This document shows, piece by piece, positions 1-11,300 of a stretch of 50,776 bases of DNA; the stretch's first letter is position 1; each line of letters starts with the position of its first letter. The notes beneath the pieces were generated by a model, which worked only from the letters and a program-made list of their open reading frames with translations, was not told where the DNA came from and searched no databases. The stretch is from assembly GCA_051942205.1 (NCBI GenBank), contig JAVECO010000167.1, forward strand, positions 1 through 50,776, given 5' to 3'. The DNA comes from Coniocarpon cinnabarinum. Lineage: Eukaryota. The position numbers and the translations under genes were made by a program.

Positions 1-2307
1 AATAAGCTATAGTAAATAGTTATAATAAACTTTATTACTAATTTACCTTAATTAATTAACCCTAGTAATTTTTTTACCTATAATTTAATTTATATTATTA
101 TAGATAAACTTATAAAGTATTTATACTTTATCCTAATAATCTCTATATTAATAGTATCTAGATTTATATTTATCTTTCTTAGATACGTTATATTATAATA
201 TAGTGCACTAAAATAGATAATTTTAGATTATAATAAGTTATTTATATTATACTTTTAGAGATTACTTATATTACTTATAAAAATTAAAAGAAGACTTAGT
301 ACTTTATTTTACCTATAAATAGACAGCTAAATTAAATAAATAAACTAAACTTTAGAAAAATTCTTTAGAAAATATATTAATTACTAGTAAGATAATTAGG
401 TATTACTTCTACTACTAGTATAGTTTATATATAACTTAAGCTACTTATAACTAACTAAAGAAACTCTATTCTTTATAAATTATAGACTAAACCTAGAGCT
501 AATATATAGGTTAATTACTAAAAGGAATTTAGCGGCCTAGGCTAAAATTTTATATAGACAGCTTTAAGATTTATACTATATACTATAGATCGAATACAAC
601 TATTTATACTAAAAAATAACCTACTATACTAATAAGTATAGATCTAAGAGCCTAAATCTAAAGAAAGGGGATACCGTCTACCTATAAAAAAAGAATATTA
701 AGATAAAATAGCTAAGTAATAAACTAAACTTTATAAAACTTAGACTATTTAAAATTTTAAAGAAATTTAGACCTATAATATATAAGTTATAGCTACTAGA
801 CTCTATAAAAATATACTCTATATTTTATATCTTATTACTAGAACTAACTATAAATTAAGAAATAGTAGAACTAATACTAATTTATAAGAACTTATAAGAT
901 CTTAAATATAAGGTAAAATTAATACTTAGCTACTAACTAGTATAAGAGAAATATAAATATCTTATTAAGTAGAAGAACTATACTAATAAAGATAATACTT
1001 AGAAACTAATTAAGAACCTAACCTACTACTAGGAGATATTATACTATTACTAATAATATTATTTAAATTCCTAATACTAATACTTTTAGAGATAAACTTA
1101 AACCTACTAGAAGTTTCTTATAATATACTCTATAACGCTAGATTCTCCTTAATTTCTAGTAGCTTATTCTAATAAGCTATATTAATATTTATTTTTTTAA
1201 ACTTATTATAATAACTCTTAATAGTATTTACTCTTTAAGTTATTTTAAGCTACTCTTAATTATAGCGTTCCTCTATCTTTCTCTTAGCCTTCTTAGCCTC
1301 TTAGATTAACTTATTAAATTCCTCTTACTACTCTTATATAAAGTTAACTATAAAGGTTAGCGCCTATCTATAAATAGAGAAAGAACTATTTACTATTCTT
1401 TATAGTTATTTATATATTATACCTAAATTTTCTCTTCTTATAGTTCTTATATATCGCCTCTATTAGAATTAGCTAGTAGACTAAGCCTTATTAGAAATAT
1501 ATAGTATAGAGAGGTATAGTAAGTAAAATAGACCTTCTAACTTATTTAAAATGTTTAATAGTGTGTTTAAGAAGTTTAAAAGAAATAGTTTTTTAAGACA
1601 AGAATTTAGCTTTAGATTTTAATTTTAAAATACTAGCCTATATAATACTATTAGTAGTATCCTTATAAGAAGGTATAATAGCTTATATTTAAAAGATAAA
1701 GAGGGATATAACTATTTATATTCTACGCTATAGTTATTTAGAATAAATAATCTATAGAGGGGCTAATATTACGCTATACCTAATATAGAATAAGAGATTA
1801 TATATATATATATATTACTACGCTAGTATATTAGACTCTAATATATTTAGACGCGTTTACCTTTAGAGCCTCTTATATATAAAGGTACGTAACTCTAAAA
1901 AAAAAGAACCTTTTAAACTCTAGGCCTTTTTTTACTACTAGACCTACTCTCTTAGTAGAGTATATTTATTTATACTTTAGTTTATATAGTTTAATAGTAA
2001 GCCTACTCTTCTCTTAAGCTTAATATTATTTAAATTTAGAATTAACCTAACTTATAAGTTATAAACTACTAAACTAATTACTTACTAATTTATAGTATAC
2101 CTTACTTTCTTAGATAGTACTACTACTATTAGATAAAGTAACCTTTACTATAGTAGTACGCTAGTTACTCTTCTTTATAGCTTTTACTATCTTTATTTCT
2201 TTATATTATTCTTTATTATATTCTTCTATAACAAAGGTTCTTATTTCTAGAATAGCCCTACACCTCCTTAGTTACCTAAGGAAAGGGTTCTCTATAGGGG
2301 CGTTATA
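1..2307 (+). mobile_element. RIP-inactivated Ty3/Gypsy chromovirus, 3' part (integrase, GPY/F region, chromodomain, PPT, 3' LTR)
   Basis: Reverting RIP transitions by eye gives LSTSFHPQTDGQTERTNQTLE (from ~295, integrase core), LKEGDTVYL..KLDFVKLGPFKI..KIHPVFHVSLLEP (~658-846) and EYEVESIL..YLIKWK.Y..EDNTWEP.ENL (~898-1020, chromodomain). Purine tract AGAGGGG at 1756-1762 precedes the LTR. Confidence 0.9.
1767..2307 (+). repeat. 3' LTR of the + strand Gypsy element (~541 bp)
   Basis: Begins TATTACG (RIP form of TGTTACG) just after the purine tract and ends CGTTATA (RIP form of CGTTACA). Bases ~1960-2307 match 3617-~3960 as a reverse complement. Confidence 0.75.
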
Positions 2308-4149
2308 TTTATTTATTAGTATTTATAGAGCTTATATTAAATTTTTTAAATACTTTTACTATTTAAGTTTAATAGGTTCTAGTACTATAAAAGTTAGTTT
2401 ATTAATATTTTTAATAGTATAGTTTACTAGATTAGTAAGCTCTTAGTTAAAAGGTATCTTACTTATATTATACGTATTATAACCTATAGTATTAATTAAC
2501 TTATTAGGTTAACCTTTTTTTTAGTTTTTAGCTAAGTTATAATTCTTTATAATATATTCTAGCTTACTATAGTATATATAGAGGTTATTTTAGCGTCTAT
2601 GTTACTTTTTAGTATTTATAAGCTTTTTGTATTACTTATATTTAGTAAGTATAGTAATATTAATTTTTATAGATTCTATTTCTTAAGTATCTATTCTATA
2701 TAATATATTTAGTTACTAAGTCTAAATTTTTTATTTTTTTTTTTTTAAGTTCTAGAATATATAAATCTAAATTAATAGTATATCTTTTAAGTACTATAAG
2801 TTTTTTAGGCTTATTTTAATAGAATATTTAATTTTTAATTTTTTTATTAAGTTTATTATAGTAATATATTATTAGTACTTCTTAATTAAGACTAGATATA
2901 TATATATATATATTATATAAACTTGCCTATATATTATATAGCTAGTATATTATCTTACTTAAGTTACTAGATCTTAAACTATACTTCTTTTTTAGGCTTT
3001 AATTCTTTATATATTTTTTATAGTATTATTATAAAATATAGGTAGCTTAATATAATTACTTATATTTTTTATTTAAGTTCTACTAACCTTGTATTCTAAA
3101 GTATTAGTATAAACTAATTAAGTAGTCTATTCTAAAAATAGGCTCTAGTAAAAAATACTTTAGCTTTATTATCTTTATACTTAGATAGATTAATTATAAA
3201 ATTAAATTTATATAGAATAAAAAAAGATTTAAAAGAAGCTTTATTACTCTTATAAAGATTAATCTTAATAGTATTAATAAATATACTAATATTTATATTA
3301 TTTCTTACCTACTACTTTAAAGATATATTAAGCTATTTTTTAATAGTATTAAGTAAAGTAGCGCTTAGTTAACTTATAGATAGATAATATTATTTAATCT
3401 TACTTTTTTTAGTAATTAGTTATAAAGTAGCTAGTTAGCTTTATATAAAAGCTAGACTTATTAGTTGCTAAGTAGAAAGTAGCCTACTATATTATTCTTT
3501 TTCTAAAGAACTATTTTAAAGTTCTAATAGAACCTTTAATCTAGAGAAGTTAGTTATAAGATAGAGTAGTATATATCTTTTATTCTTATTTAGTATTATA
3601 AATAATTATTTAAAAGTATAACGTCTTTATAAAGAACCCTATCTTTAGAGTAACTAAGAAAGACTAGGGCTATTCTAGAAATAAGAACCTTTACTATAGA
3701 AGAGAAGGATAATATAAGAAGATTAAAATAAGTAAAAAGCTAATAAAGAGAGTAACTAGTGTACTACTATAGTAAAGGTTACTTTATTTAATAGTAGTAG
3801 TACTATCTAAGAAAGTAAGATATACTATAAATTAATAAGTAATTAGTTTAATAGTTTATAACTTATATATTAGATTAATTCTAAATTTAAATAATATTAA
3901 ATCTAAAGAAGGTAGGTATTTTATTTAACTATATAGACTAAGGTATATATATAATATACTATAGAATTAGCCTTTACTATAACTTCTCTTTTACTATAGT
4001 TATAGCTATACTACTGCTATAGGTATATAGCTGTACTTACGGGTATATCTAAATATTAGGTATATACCTAGTAGGGTGCATCTAGTAGAGTATTGCAGGC
4101 TAGCCCTACCCTAACCTACTCTATGCTAGTATAAGGCTAGGGCGTAACA
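2308..4149 (-). mobile_element. Second RIP-inactivated Gypsy element, 5' part (5' LTR and gag), cut off at the first element's LTR
   Basis: Minus strand 2589-2539 reads aat aac ctc tat ata tac tat agt aag cta gaa tat att ata aag aat tat, which de-RIPs to NNLCMYCGKPGHI.KNC (CCHC zinc knuckle). An EPMEID-like motif precedes it near 2660-2680. Both lie downstream of the minus-strand LTR. Confidence 0.75.
3617..4149 (-). repeat. 5' LTR of the - strand Gypsy element (~533 bp)
   Basis: Minus strand begins TGTTACGCCC at 4149 and ends CGTTATA at 3617. Homologous to LTR 1767-2307 over its last ~350 bp, e.g. AAGGTTCTTATTTCTAGAATAGCCCTA vs TAGGGCTATTCTAGAAATAAGAACCTT. Confidence 0.75.
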
Positions 4150-4324
4150 ATAACCTCTACTATACTCTATTATATATATAGTTCTTTTTCTTTAGTTTTT
4201 TAAATTCTAAGCCTTTTTATAGTTAGATACCTATACCCTATCCTATCTTATATTATATTCTATTTAGTTATTTTATTAAAAGTAGTTTAAAAGAATAGTT
4301 TAAACTACTAGTTTTTAAAATATT

Positions 4325-4660
4325 TTAGAAGTACTAAACATACTTTTAAATATATAAAAAAAGTATACTAATTATAATATTATATACAAGAATTAGAAGC
4401 TCTTAACGTTCTTACTAGATATACTACTTAAACTAGAAGTACTAAATATACTTCTAAATATATAAATATAGTACTAAAACTAGAAGTCTTTAATATTCTT
4501 ACTAGATATACTATAGAACTAGAATTCTTTAACGTTCTTACTAGATATACTAAATATATATTTTTAGTACTCTTAATAAGCTATACTAATATACTAGAAC
4601 TAGAAGCGCTAAACGTACTTACTACTAGAGGTACTAAATTAACGTATATTCTAAATAAAT
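4325..4660. repeat. Degenerate tandem repeat array (RIPed)
   Basis: TTAACGTTCTTACTAGATATACT-like unit at ~4403, ~4490 and ~4529, interleaved with AGAAGTACTAAA-like units. Confidence 0.6.
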
Positions 4661-5389
4661 AAGTAGATATTACTACTACTAGTTATTATAGAAAAGTAGT
4701 ACTAAACTATATATGTCTTACTTATATTAACTATATAGTAATACTATATATAAGAACTAGTTATTAGAACTTAAGGTTATGTAATCTAGTTATATAATAC
4801 TAGTTCTTAGTATATTACATAATACTATTTCTAGAAACTAGTATATATAATATATATAAATTAATAAATTTTTTATAAAAATAATTAAAACTATAATTTA
4901 ATTACTTTATAGCTAATAGTAGAATTATATAAAAAAATAAGAAAAATAAGAAAAATAAGAAAAATACTTTTTAATAAGTAATATACTTAGATTTATAATT
5001 TATTTAAGTTACTATTAATAGTACTATTAAGAGTTTTTAGTACTAATATATAATAAGCTATATACTTACTACTTTTACTATTTATATAAGTATAATTACT
5101 AGCTTTATTACTATTACTAATTATATATAACTTAATAATAATAATATTATAGTTAATAAGAATTATATTATACTATAAGTAAGCTGCTTACTACTAAAAT
5201 ATAGTAGTTAACGGCTAATCGGCGTTTGTACAGAGTTTTGAGCCACTTGTAGTACTGAAGCGCCATAACATTAGGTCATTATCGATCGATTCTTCGATTG
5301 ATTTCCTGTACAGTCGTTCGTACATTGCAGCACTCATCTACGCATGCTCATCTCGCAAAGTCGCCTGCTAGACAGAGATCTTCAGAGCC

Positions 5390-6630
5390 ATGTTCGCTCC
5401 AATTGGCGTGGCTCTCATCGGCAGTGGCATCTTCGCTCGTGAAGAGCACCTGGTATGAGCCATTGTCAGACCTGCAGTAAGTATGGAGAGCAAGTGATTA
5501 ATCAGCGCACAGCCTGCAATACTCGACACACCCTCGCTGTCGCTCAAAGCTGTCTATAGTCGCACTCTTGAGTCTGCTGCTAAGCTTAGCGAACCCCTGC
5601 ACGAAAAGATCGATTGGTACAGCTCAGAGACTGAAGCTGAGGGCAGAGGTTACAAGGACTTGCTGTCCAATACCAATATTAAGGGCGTTATCATTGCGTA
5701 GGTGAGCGCCGTTCCTCCAGACCGGTGTTACATTGTGAGCCTGCTGCTCATGCGCAGCAGTCTCCCAATAAGCGCACAGCCCGCCTTCATCCGCGAGGCG
5801 CTGCAAGCTGGCAAACATGTCCTATCTGAGAAGCCCATTGCTAAAGACGTGAACACTGCACATGAGTTGTTGTCCTTCTATCGGTCCAGCATCGCCGTAG
5901 ATCGGATTTCTTGGTCTGTAGGCGAAAATTATCGATTTGTCGAAACCCATGTTTTCGCTGCATCAGAGGTCCAGCGTCTGGGTCGCATCTTGGGTTTTCG
6001 AGGTCGTTTTAATCGAGATATTAAGCCAGGAGGGAAGTACTATGAGACAGCATGGCGCAAAGTGCCCGAATATCAAGGAGGTTTCCTTCTTGATGCAGGC
6101 GTCCACTTCACAGCTGTGCTGAGACTGCTCCTGGGTCCGGAGGACGGCAAGCTTGAAAAGCTCAGCGCTTTCACATGCCAGCTGCAGGAGCATCTTCCGC
6201 CAGTGGACACTGCCAATGCAACATTAAAGTGCAAGAGCGGTGCCAGCGGTGTCTTCGAGATGTCTGTTGGATCCACGTTCAAAGGCGGTGGTTTTTCGAT
6301 TGCATGTGAGGATGGAACAGTGACAATCCTGGGCGACAGCGTCGTGACGGCCGACAAATATGGTCACGAGAGTGCCAAACACTTCAAATCAGAAGGATGG
6401 GGTGGTGTTAATCACGAGGTGAAATGCTGGGCCGAGGGCATGCAGACAGGAAAGTGGAATCCGCGAATGAAGCCGGAGGAGGCTTTAGCGGACTTAGAAA
6501 TCGTAGGTGTTCCTAGAAGTCAGGGATTTCAGCAGATGATGTCCTGTTGCTAACAACCGATCCTTAGATTGAAGCGATGTTGCAGAGCGGCGAACGAGAC
6601 GGCGCACCAATTGATCTTAAGTTCCAATGA
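5390..6630 (+). CDS. Gfo/Idh/MocA-family NAD(P)-dependent oxidoreductase (4 exons)
   Basis: ATG 5390 MFAPIGVALIGSGIFAREEHL (Rossmann GxG). Introns ~5453-5512, ~5698-5760, ~6503-6567. Motifs AGKHVLSEKPIA and GGFLLDAGVH. Ends GAPIDLKFQ* at 6630. Confidence 0.9.
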
Positions 6631-6662
6631 ATTTTCAGCAAGGCATGACAAGGCGCGTTCGA

Positions 6663-8348
6663 TCAAATCGTGGATTTGTCTGAATCTTCAAAAGTCTTTT
6701 CTTCCATGCTAAATTTGGCCACTCGAGAAGTCAAAGGATCCGTCTCTTTCGTGGGCTCTGTCGGCCCTTCGCAACCGTTTGGCGGCACTGCCCACTTGGG
6801 CAAGGGAGTCTGGTAGTCCCAGCTATTATCAGCGTGGGCGTACCTGAGCGCGTGTAGGTATATGCCCAGCTCGTGTATCCCCGGATCAGAATACAGCGGT
6901 GTGTCGCAAATATCGCATTTTTCGCCAGTTTGCTTCTCTGCCTTCCTTTTATTATACACGTCGACCATCTCATCGTGGTATGCAACTGCATCTGCCACCT
7001 CTGTTTTGCCCATTTTCTCCAGTGCATCAAGCACAGACTCATCATCAGCATCAGTAGACGAACCGCTACCGAGTGTATGTCCAAAGACACGCTGGTTACA
7101 ATAGATTGGATCGTTCGTGATTGGATGTCCGAGAAACTGCAAATGAACACGTAGTTGATGAGTTCTGCCGGTGATTGGAAAACATCGTACGATTGAGTGG
7201 CCTTGTTTCCCCATCCAAGGCAAGGCATGGCTAGTGCTATTCATTTCGCTGACCGCGCAGTTTTGCTGACTGCTCGGAGGATAATAAGCCAGTCGCCTGA
7301 ACAATGTTCTTGCGTCCTTTCCACCTGCCCTGACTCGATTCAGCCCAAGTTTGGGACTTATAGACAAAATTGGTTGCTCGCACAACACCTCTCCCTGAGG
7401 AAATTCGCCGACAACTCTAGCCACGTATTCTTTGCGCACGGAACGATCTTTGATTTCTGCACCCAGCTTTTCCGCCGCTACCTTGGTCTTTCCGATGAAC
7501 ATGATGCCCGATGTGAGCCTGTCTAGACGGTTGCAAGGCATTGGATTGAATGAGCCCCCACGCTCTGCGCGCACTATCTCTACCAGGGAATTGTAATTGT
7601 ATCTGCCTGCAGGATGTACTGGCACCCCAGCAGGCTTATCGATGACCAGCATGTTTTCATCCTCATGCACCACCCCAATAGGGTCTGCTGTGACAGGTGG
7701 CTCGTGCCGATGTAAAGTGTGACTGACTACGTCCCCATTTTTTAATACCTTATCCGTACCAACAGCCTGTCCGTTAATCGTGATATACCCTGTCGAAATA
7801 GCATCACAGTAGTATTCTTTGGGACGATCGCGGAACTCGTCTGTAAAGATTTCAAGAAGCGCTCGTCCGCGCCAGCGCTCTTTGCAATATGTGTTGTAAG
7901 TAAAGTGGTAAGGTTGAACACGACGGAGCCCGTCAGCAAGGTAGTAAGGTCGTGGCCAAGCATCACCTACTGGTGTAGTCAGGGGCAAATCAGACGGTGG
8001 TGGCGGAGGAAGCACCGCGCCAGATGCAGGCAAGGACTTTGTGCGGAACGTAGGGACGCCACGTTGAGATGTGTGATGTATGAAGGGATTTTGAGGCGAG
8101 AGCGAGGAGGACTGGGATTGCTCATCTAGTCGGGAGCTTCTTAATTGCTCCTCAACCGCAGTGAGAGCCATGGTCGTCTGCGGAATTCGGCCACGCTGTG
8201 CTAACCAGCCCAGCAGCCGCGGACTCAAGCGATACAGATCCAGCCTGATTAGACGTCTGACTACGGGATAGCAGCGACAAGAGGATTAGGCTGATCATGA
8301 ATTACCTAGTAGCAAGCGCGAATGACGCGCGAGATCACGAGCCAGCAT
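6663..8348 (-). CDS. RluA-family tRNA pseudouridine(32) synthase (Pus9/Rib2-like, no C-terminal deaminase domain seen)
   Basis: S4-like region, DKPAGVPVHP, catalytic NRLDRLTSG, PITGRTHQLRVHL and LHA motifs. Internal ATG at 8171. A likely upstream exon 8348-8306 is joined by intron 8305-8261. Confidence 0.9.
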
Positions 8349-8530
8349 GGTGCGCATGGAGATATCGGAGATCGATGAGTACCCTTGGGGATGCCTCGGT
8401 AGATGAAACGTTAGAGTGAATTTGCAAATGACAAGGAGATATACGGACGTAGCAGTTCGAGGACACAGTATTCTCACAGATGGGCGTCGCGCCGGCACAA
8501 GTCAACACTGCCATACGTATCGGCGCACAA

Positions 8531-9046
8531 ATGACGTCGAAAAATTTGAAGCAGCGCAAGCGTAGCGATTATCAGTTTCTCTTAGAATATCGAACGAGAT
8601 GGTCAGCGCTCTCGTGAGATCCAGCTTTGCCCAGAAAAAAGCTGACTAGGCGTAGGATAGATAACGATCAGTACGGTCATCTCAATAATAGCATATATTA
8701 TCATCTATTTGACAGCGTAACCAACACATATCTTGCGACGCGTTGTCAACATTCACCTCAGGACTCTCCTCAGATCGGCCTCGTCGTTCACAGTCACTGT
8801 GACTATTTGACAAGCACGCAATTTCCCTGCGTACTGGATGTATGCCTGCGAGTCAACAAGCTTGGGAAGAGCAGTGTCACATATGAGATTGGCATTTTCG
8901 AGCAAGGTAAAGAGGAGTTGGCAGCAGTGGGAGAATTTGTGCATGTTTTCGTTAAGCGAGAAACCAGGAGGCCAGCAACGCAAGGCATGACAGCGAATTT
9001 AAAGACTGGCCTAGAAAACATTAAGATAGACAGATCAAAGCTATAA
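8531..9046 (+). CDS. Hotdog-fold acyl-CoA thioesterase (4HBT/YbgC-like), 2 exons
   Basis: ATG 8531 MTSKNLKQRKRSDYQFLLEYRTRW, intron 8602-8655, then IDNDQYGHLNNSIYY and LRVNKLGKSSVTYEIG. Confidence 0.9.
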
Positions 9047-9220
9047 CCGTAGAGCTTCTCGCCGCACAGCAACCTGTTAGAGTACCAAAAAGCTTCAGAA
9101 TAGCAGCACCTACACCAAAATCATCTAGGCATCGATAGTTTAAGTCGCTTCAGCTCCCCAGCGCCGTCGCAATCATATCTATACACTAATAAAACAGGTT
9201 ACTGCGAGAGGAGAATGAGC

Positions 9221-10981
9221 TCAGTCGTCCTTGTGCAACTTTGTCAGGCCCTGCCGCTCCTCATCATCTCCCTCCTCAGAAGATCGATCGCCGTCTTCGC
9301 CGACCGCGAAGATTGTCTCGCCGTCGAGGTTGTCGGCTGACGGCCGCATGGCACCAGGTGGCCGCTGTGGAGTCGGTGCTGGCAGAGGCTCCTCTGCATG
9401 TCCGTTACTTCGTCCAGCCTTGTTGACGGGTGGACCTTGCTTGCCCCAGCCACCATCTTCGGCAGCGGTTCTCGTGTCATCGTCATCCATGTCATCGAGA
9501 CTATCCCGGACGCTGGCGATTTCAAAACCTTCGTCATCTTGCGCTAGCTCCTCAGACATGGCAAAACGACGATTGTTCGCAGTCGGCCGCCAAATGTAGG
9601 CAATGAAAGCCACGTCTGCCAGATACACGAGAGATAACCATCCGTCGAGCACAAACCATCGACTTCGCCAGTGTTTGGGTGTAAAGTCTTCCGAGCCGCG
9701 ACCGGAAAAGAGTAGGACGTTGAGGACGAAGAACCCGAAAATGATTACGATCGAGAGAAGAATACACCACCACAGCTTGCGATACATCATCGCCTTCACG
9801 CGCTGTTTCCGCTCCACAAGATCTTTGAGAGTCCTGCCTAGTGAGTTCAGTGTCCACACATAGAACGCGGTTCCAGTAGCCGCTAACGGTAAAACAACCA
9901 GCAACACCAGTGGTCCTGCATCTTCCGGCTTGACGGTCAGAGAACCAATGGCATAAATGACCCCGAACACAAAGTGTGTGATGGCAAGACCCCTTACCCA
10001 CTTCATAGTTCTTCCAAGTGACGGCTTCACAACACCATAGCCCATGCAGACAATCAGCAGCAGAAAGAACGAAAGCGAGCTTCGCGCTGCATTAAGAATG
10101 GAGTCAACGACCAGAAGCGCTTTCGCGCCTGCGTTCATCCCATGTCGGTTCATGTAGTCATAATATGCCCAAGTTATCAGCATCTCCACAACCAGGAATA
10201 TGATCGTTGCAGTAATGTAATTTTGCACGGGTAAGATATCCGAGCGGTTCATGAAGTAGAGGAAACCCCAGAAGACTCCGATGACCGCATAGACGATAGT
10301 CAAGGCTCCATAAAACGCCAGCTTGGGTACTTGAGCACCTGGCAATTCTCCATAGGCGTTTCGAAACTCCACGATGGCTCGGTAGTCATGATCATCCAAA
10401 GGCTGTGTGTACGCGCAGTAATAGCCAGTGCTTTTGATAGAAAGTTTCGGTACTGGTCGCGCCGCTTCCTTGATGTGTACTGCGGCGCTCACTATTCGGT
10501 CCCCAGCGCTGGGATCAATGATGAACGAGCCGAGCTGTTCCTTGGTACAGAGCTTCAGGTCTACTGCACTGCTGTCACATATTTCGTATAGCTATACCCA
10601 TTGGTCAGTGCAGTGTTCCCCGATGCTGGATGGCAGTATAGGCCTACTCTCTCCGGCGATTCTGTGCTGCTTGCTCCGATCTTGCCAACATCGTTCCAAT
10701 TGAAGATAGAGATGGCCACTACAGGGTCCGAGAGGTCATTTTCGCTTAGCGACGCTTGATCGAAACGTGCCATGATATACGGCTCCACGTCTCCTCCCCA
10801 TGATGACTTGCTGTACATGCCCTCGCATCTTATTCGATTCGGGCGTTTTTGATCCTGCAGAGCATGAGAATCAGCATGAGGCATGAGTCTGAACTGAAAG
10901 ACTCACCAGAGGTGTTTCCAATGAATACGAGAGTTGAAGGAGTGTCGACGCTGCTAGGGCTATCTTCCGTAATGAGCGCAT
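9221..10981 (-). CDS. PTM1: PTM1-like / lung seven-transmembrane receptor family membrane protein (3 exons)
   Basis: Signal peptide MRSLRKIALAASTLLQLSYS from ATG 10981. Introns 10906-10855 and ~10646-10591. Motifs CEGMYS, FRNAYGELP, DILPVQNYI, seven TM segments, WRPTANNRRFAMSEELAQDD and an acidic tail. Confidence 0.88.
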
Positions 10982-11300
10982 CTCTGCGCCAGGCAGCGCC
11001 AGATAGCTTCCGTGGTATAAGGTACTCTAGAGCTTATTCAAGTGGATTATGTTCGGCTCAGTACCCTCTTGCAAACCCGTGAGGGTAATGAGGCTCTGCG
11101 TCTTTTTCGCGTCTGTCAGGATCATCTCGTTGCTTCGAGTTGGGACTGCGGACAGCTGGAGGCAGGTCAAAGTCGTAAGGGTAGCTTTACCCTTGAGAAT
11201 GGCTCACCTCGCCAGCGTGCCCCCTTCAGGCTGTCACCTATCTAAAATCAATATTCCAACGGCCGCCACACCGATTGCATTGGCTCATCAAAACCGTCCG

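Larger units (their letters stand above)
1..5215. repeat. AT-rich RIP-degraded repeat block
   Basis: Very low GC, TpA strongly enriched and CpA/TpG nearly absent, no ORF >=60 aa in the track, abrupt switch to ~50% GC near 5215. Typical of repeat-induced point mutation. Confidence 0.95.

Noticed and set aside
11049..11300. 84-codon N-terminal extension of the NCS2 ORF from ATG 11049
   Set aside because: It starts only 68 bp from the divergent PTM1 ATG and has no Ncs2-like features. The family signature begins after ATG 11301.
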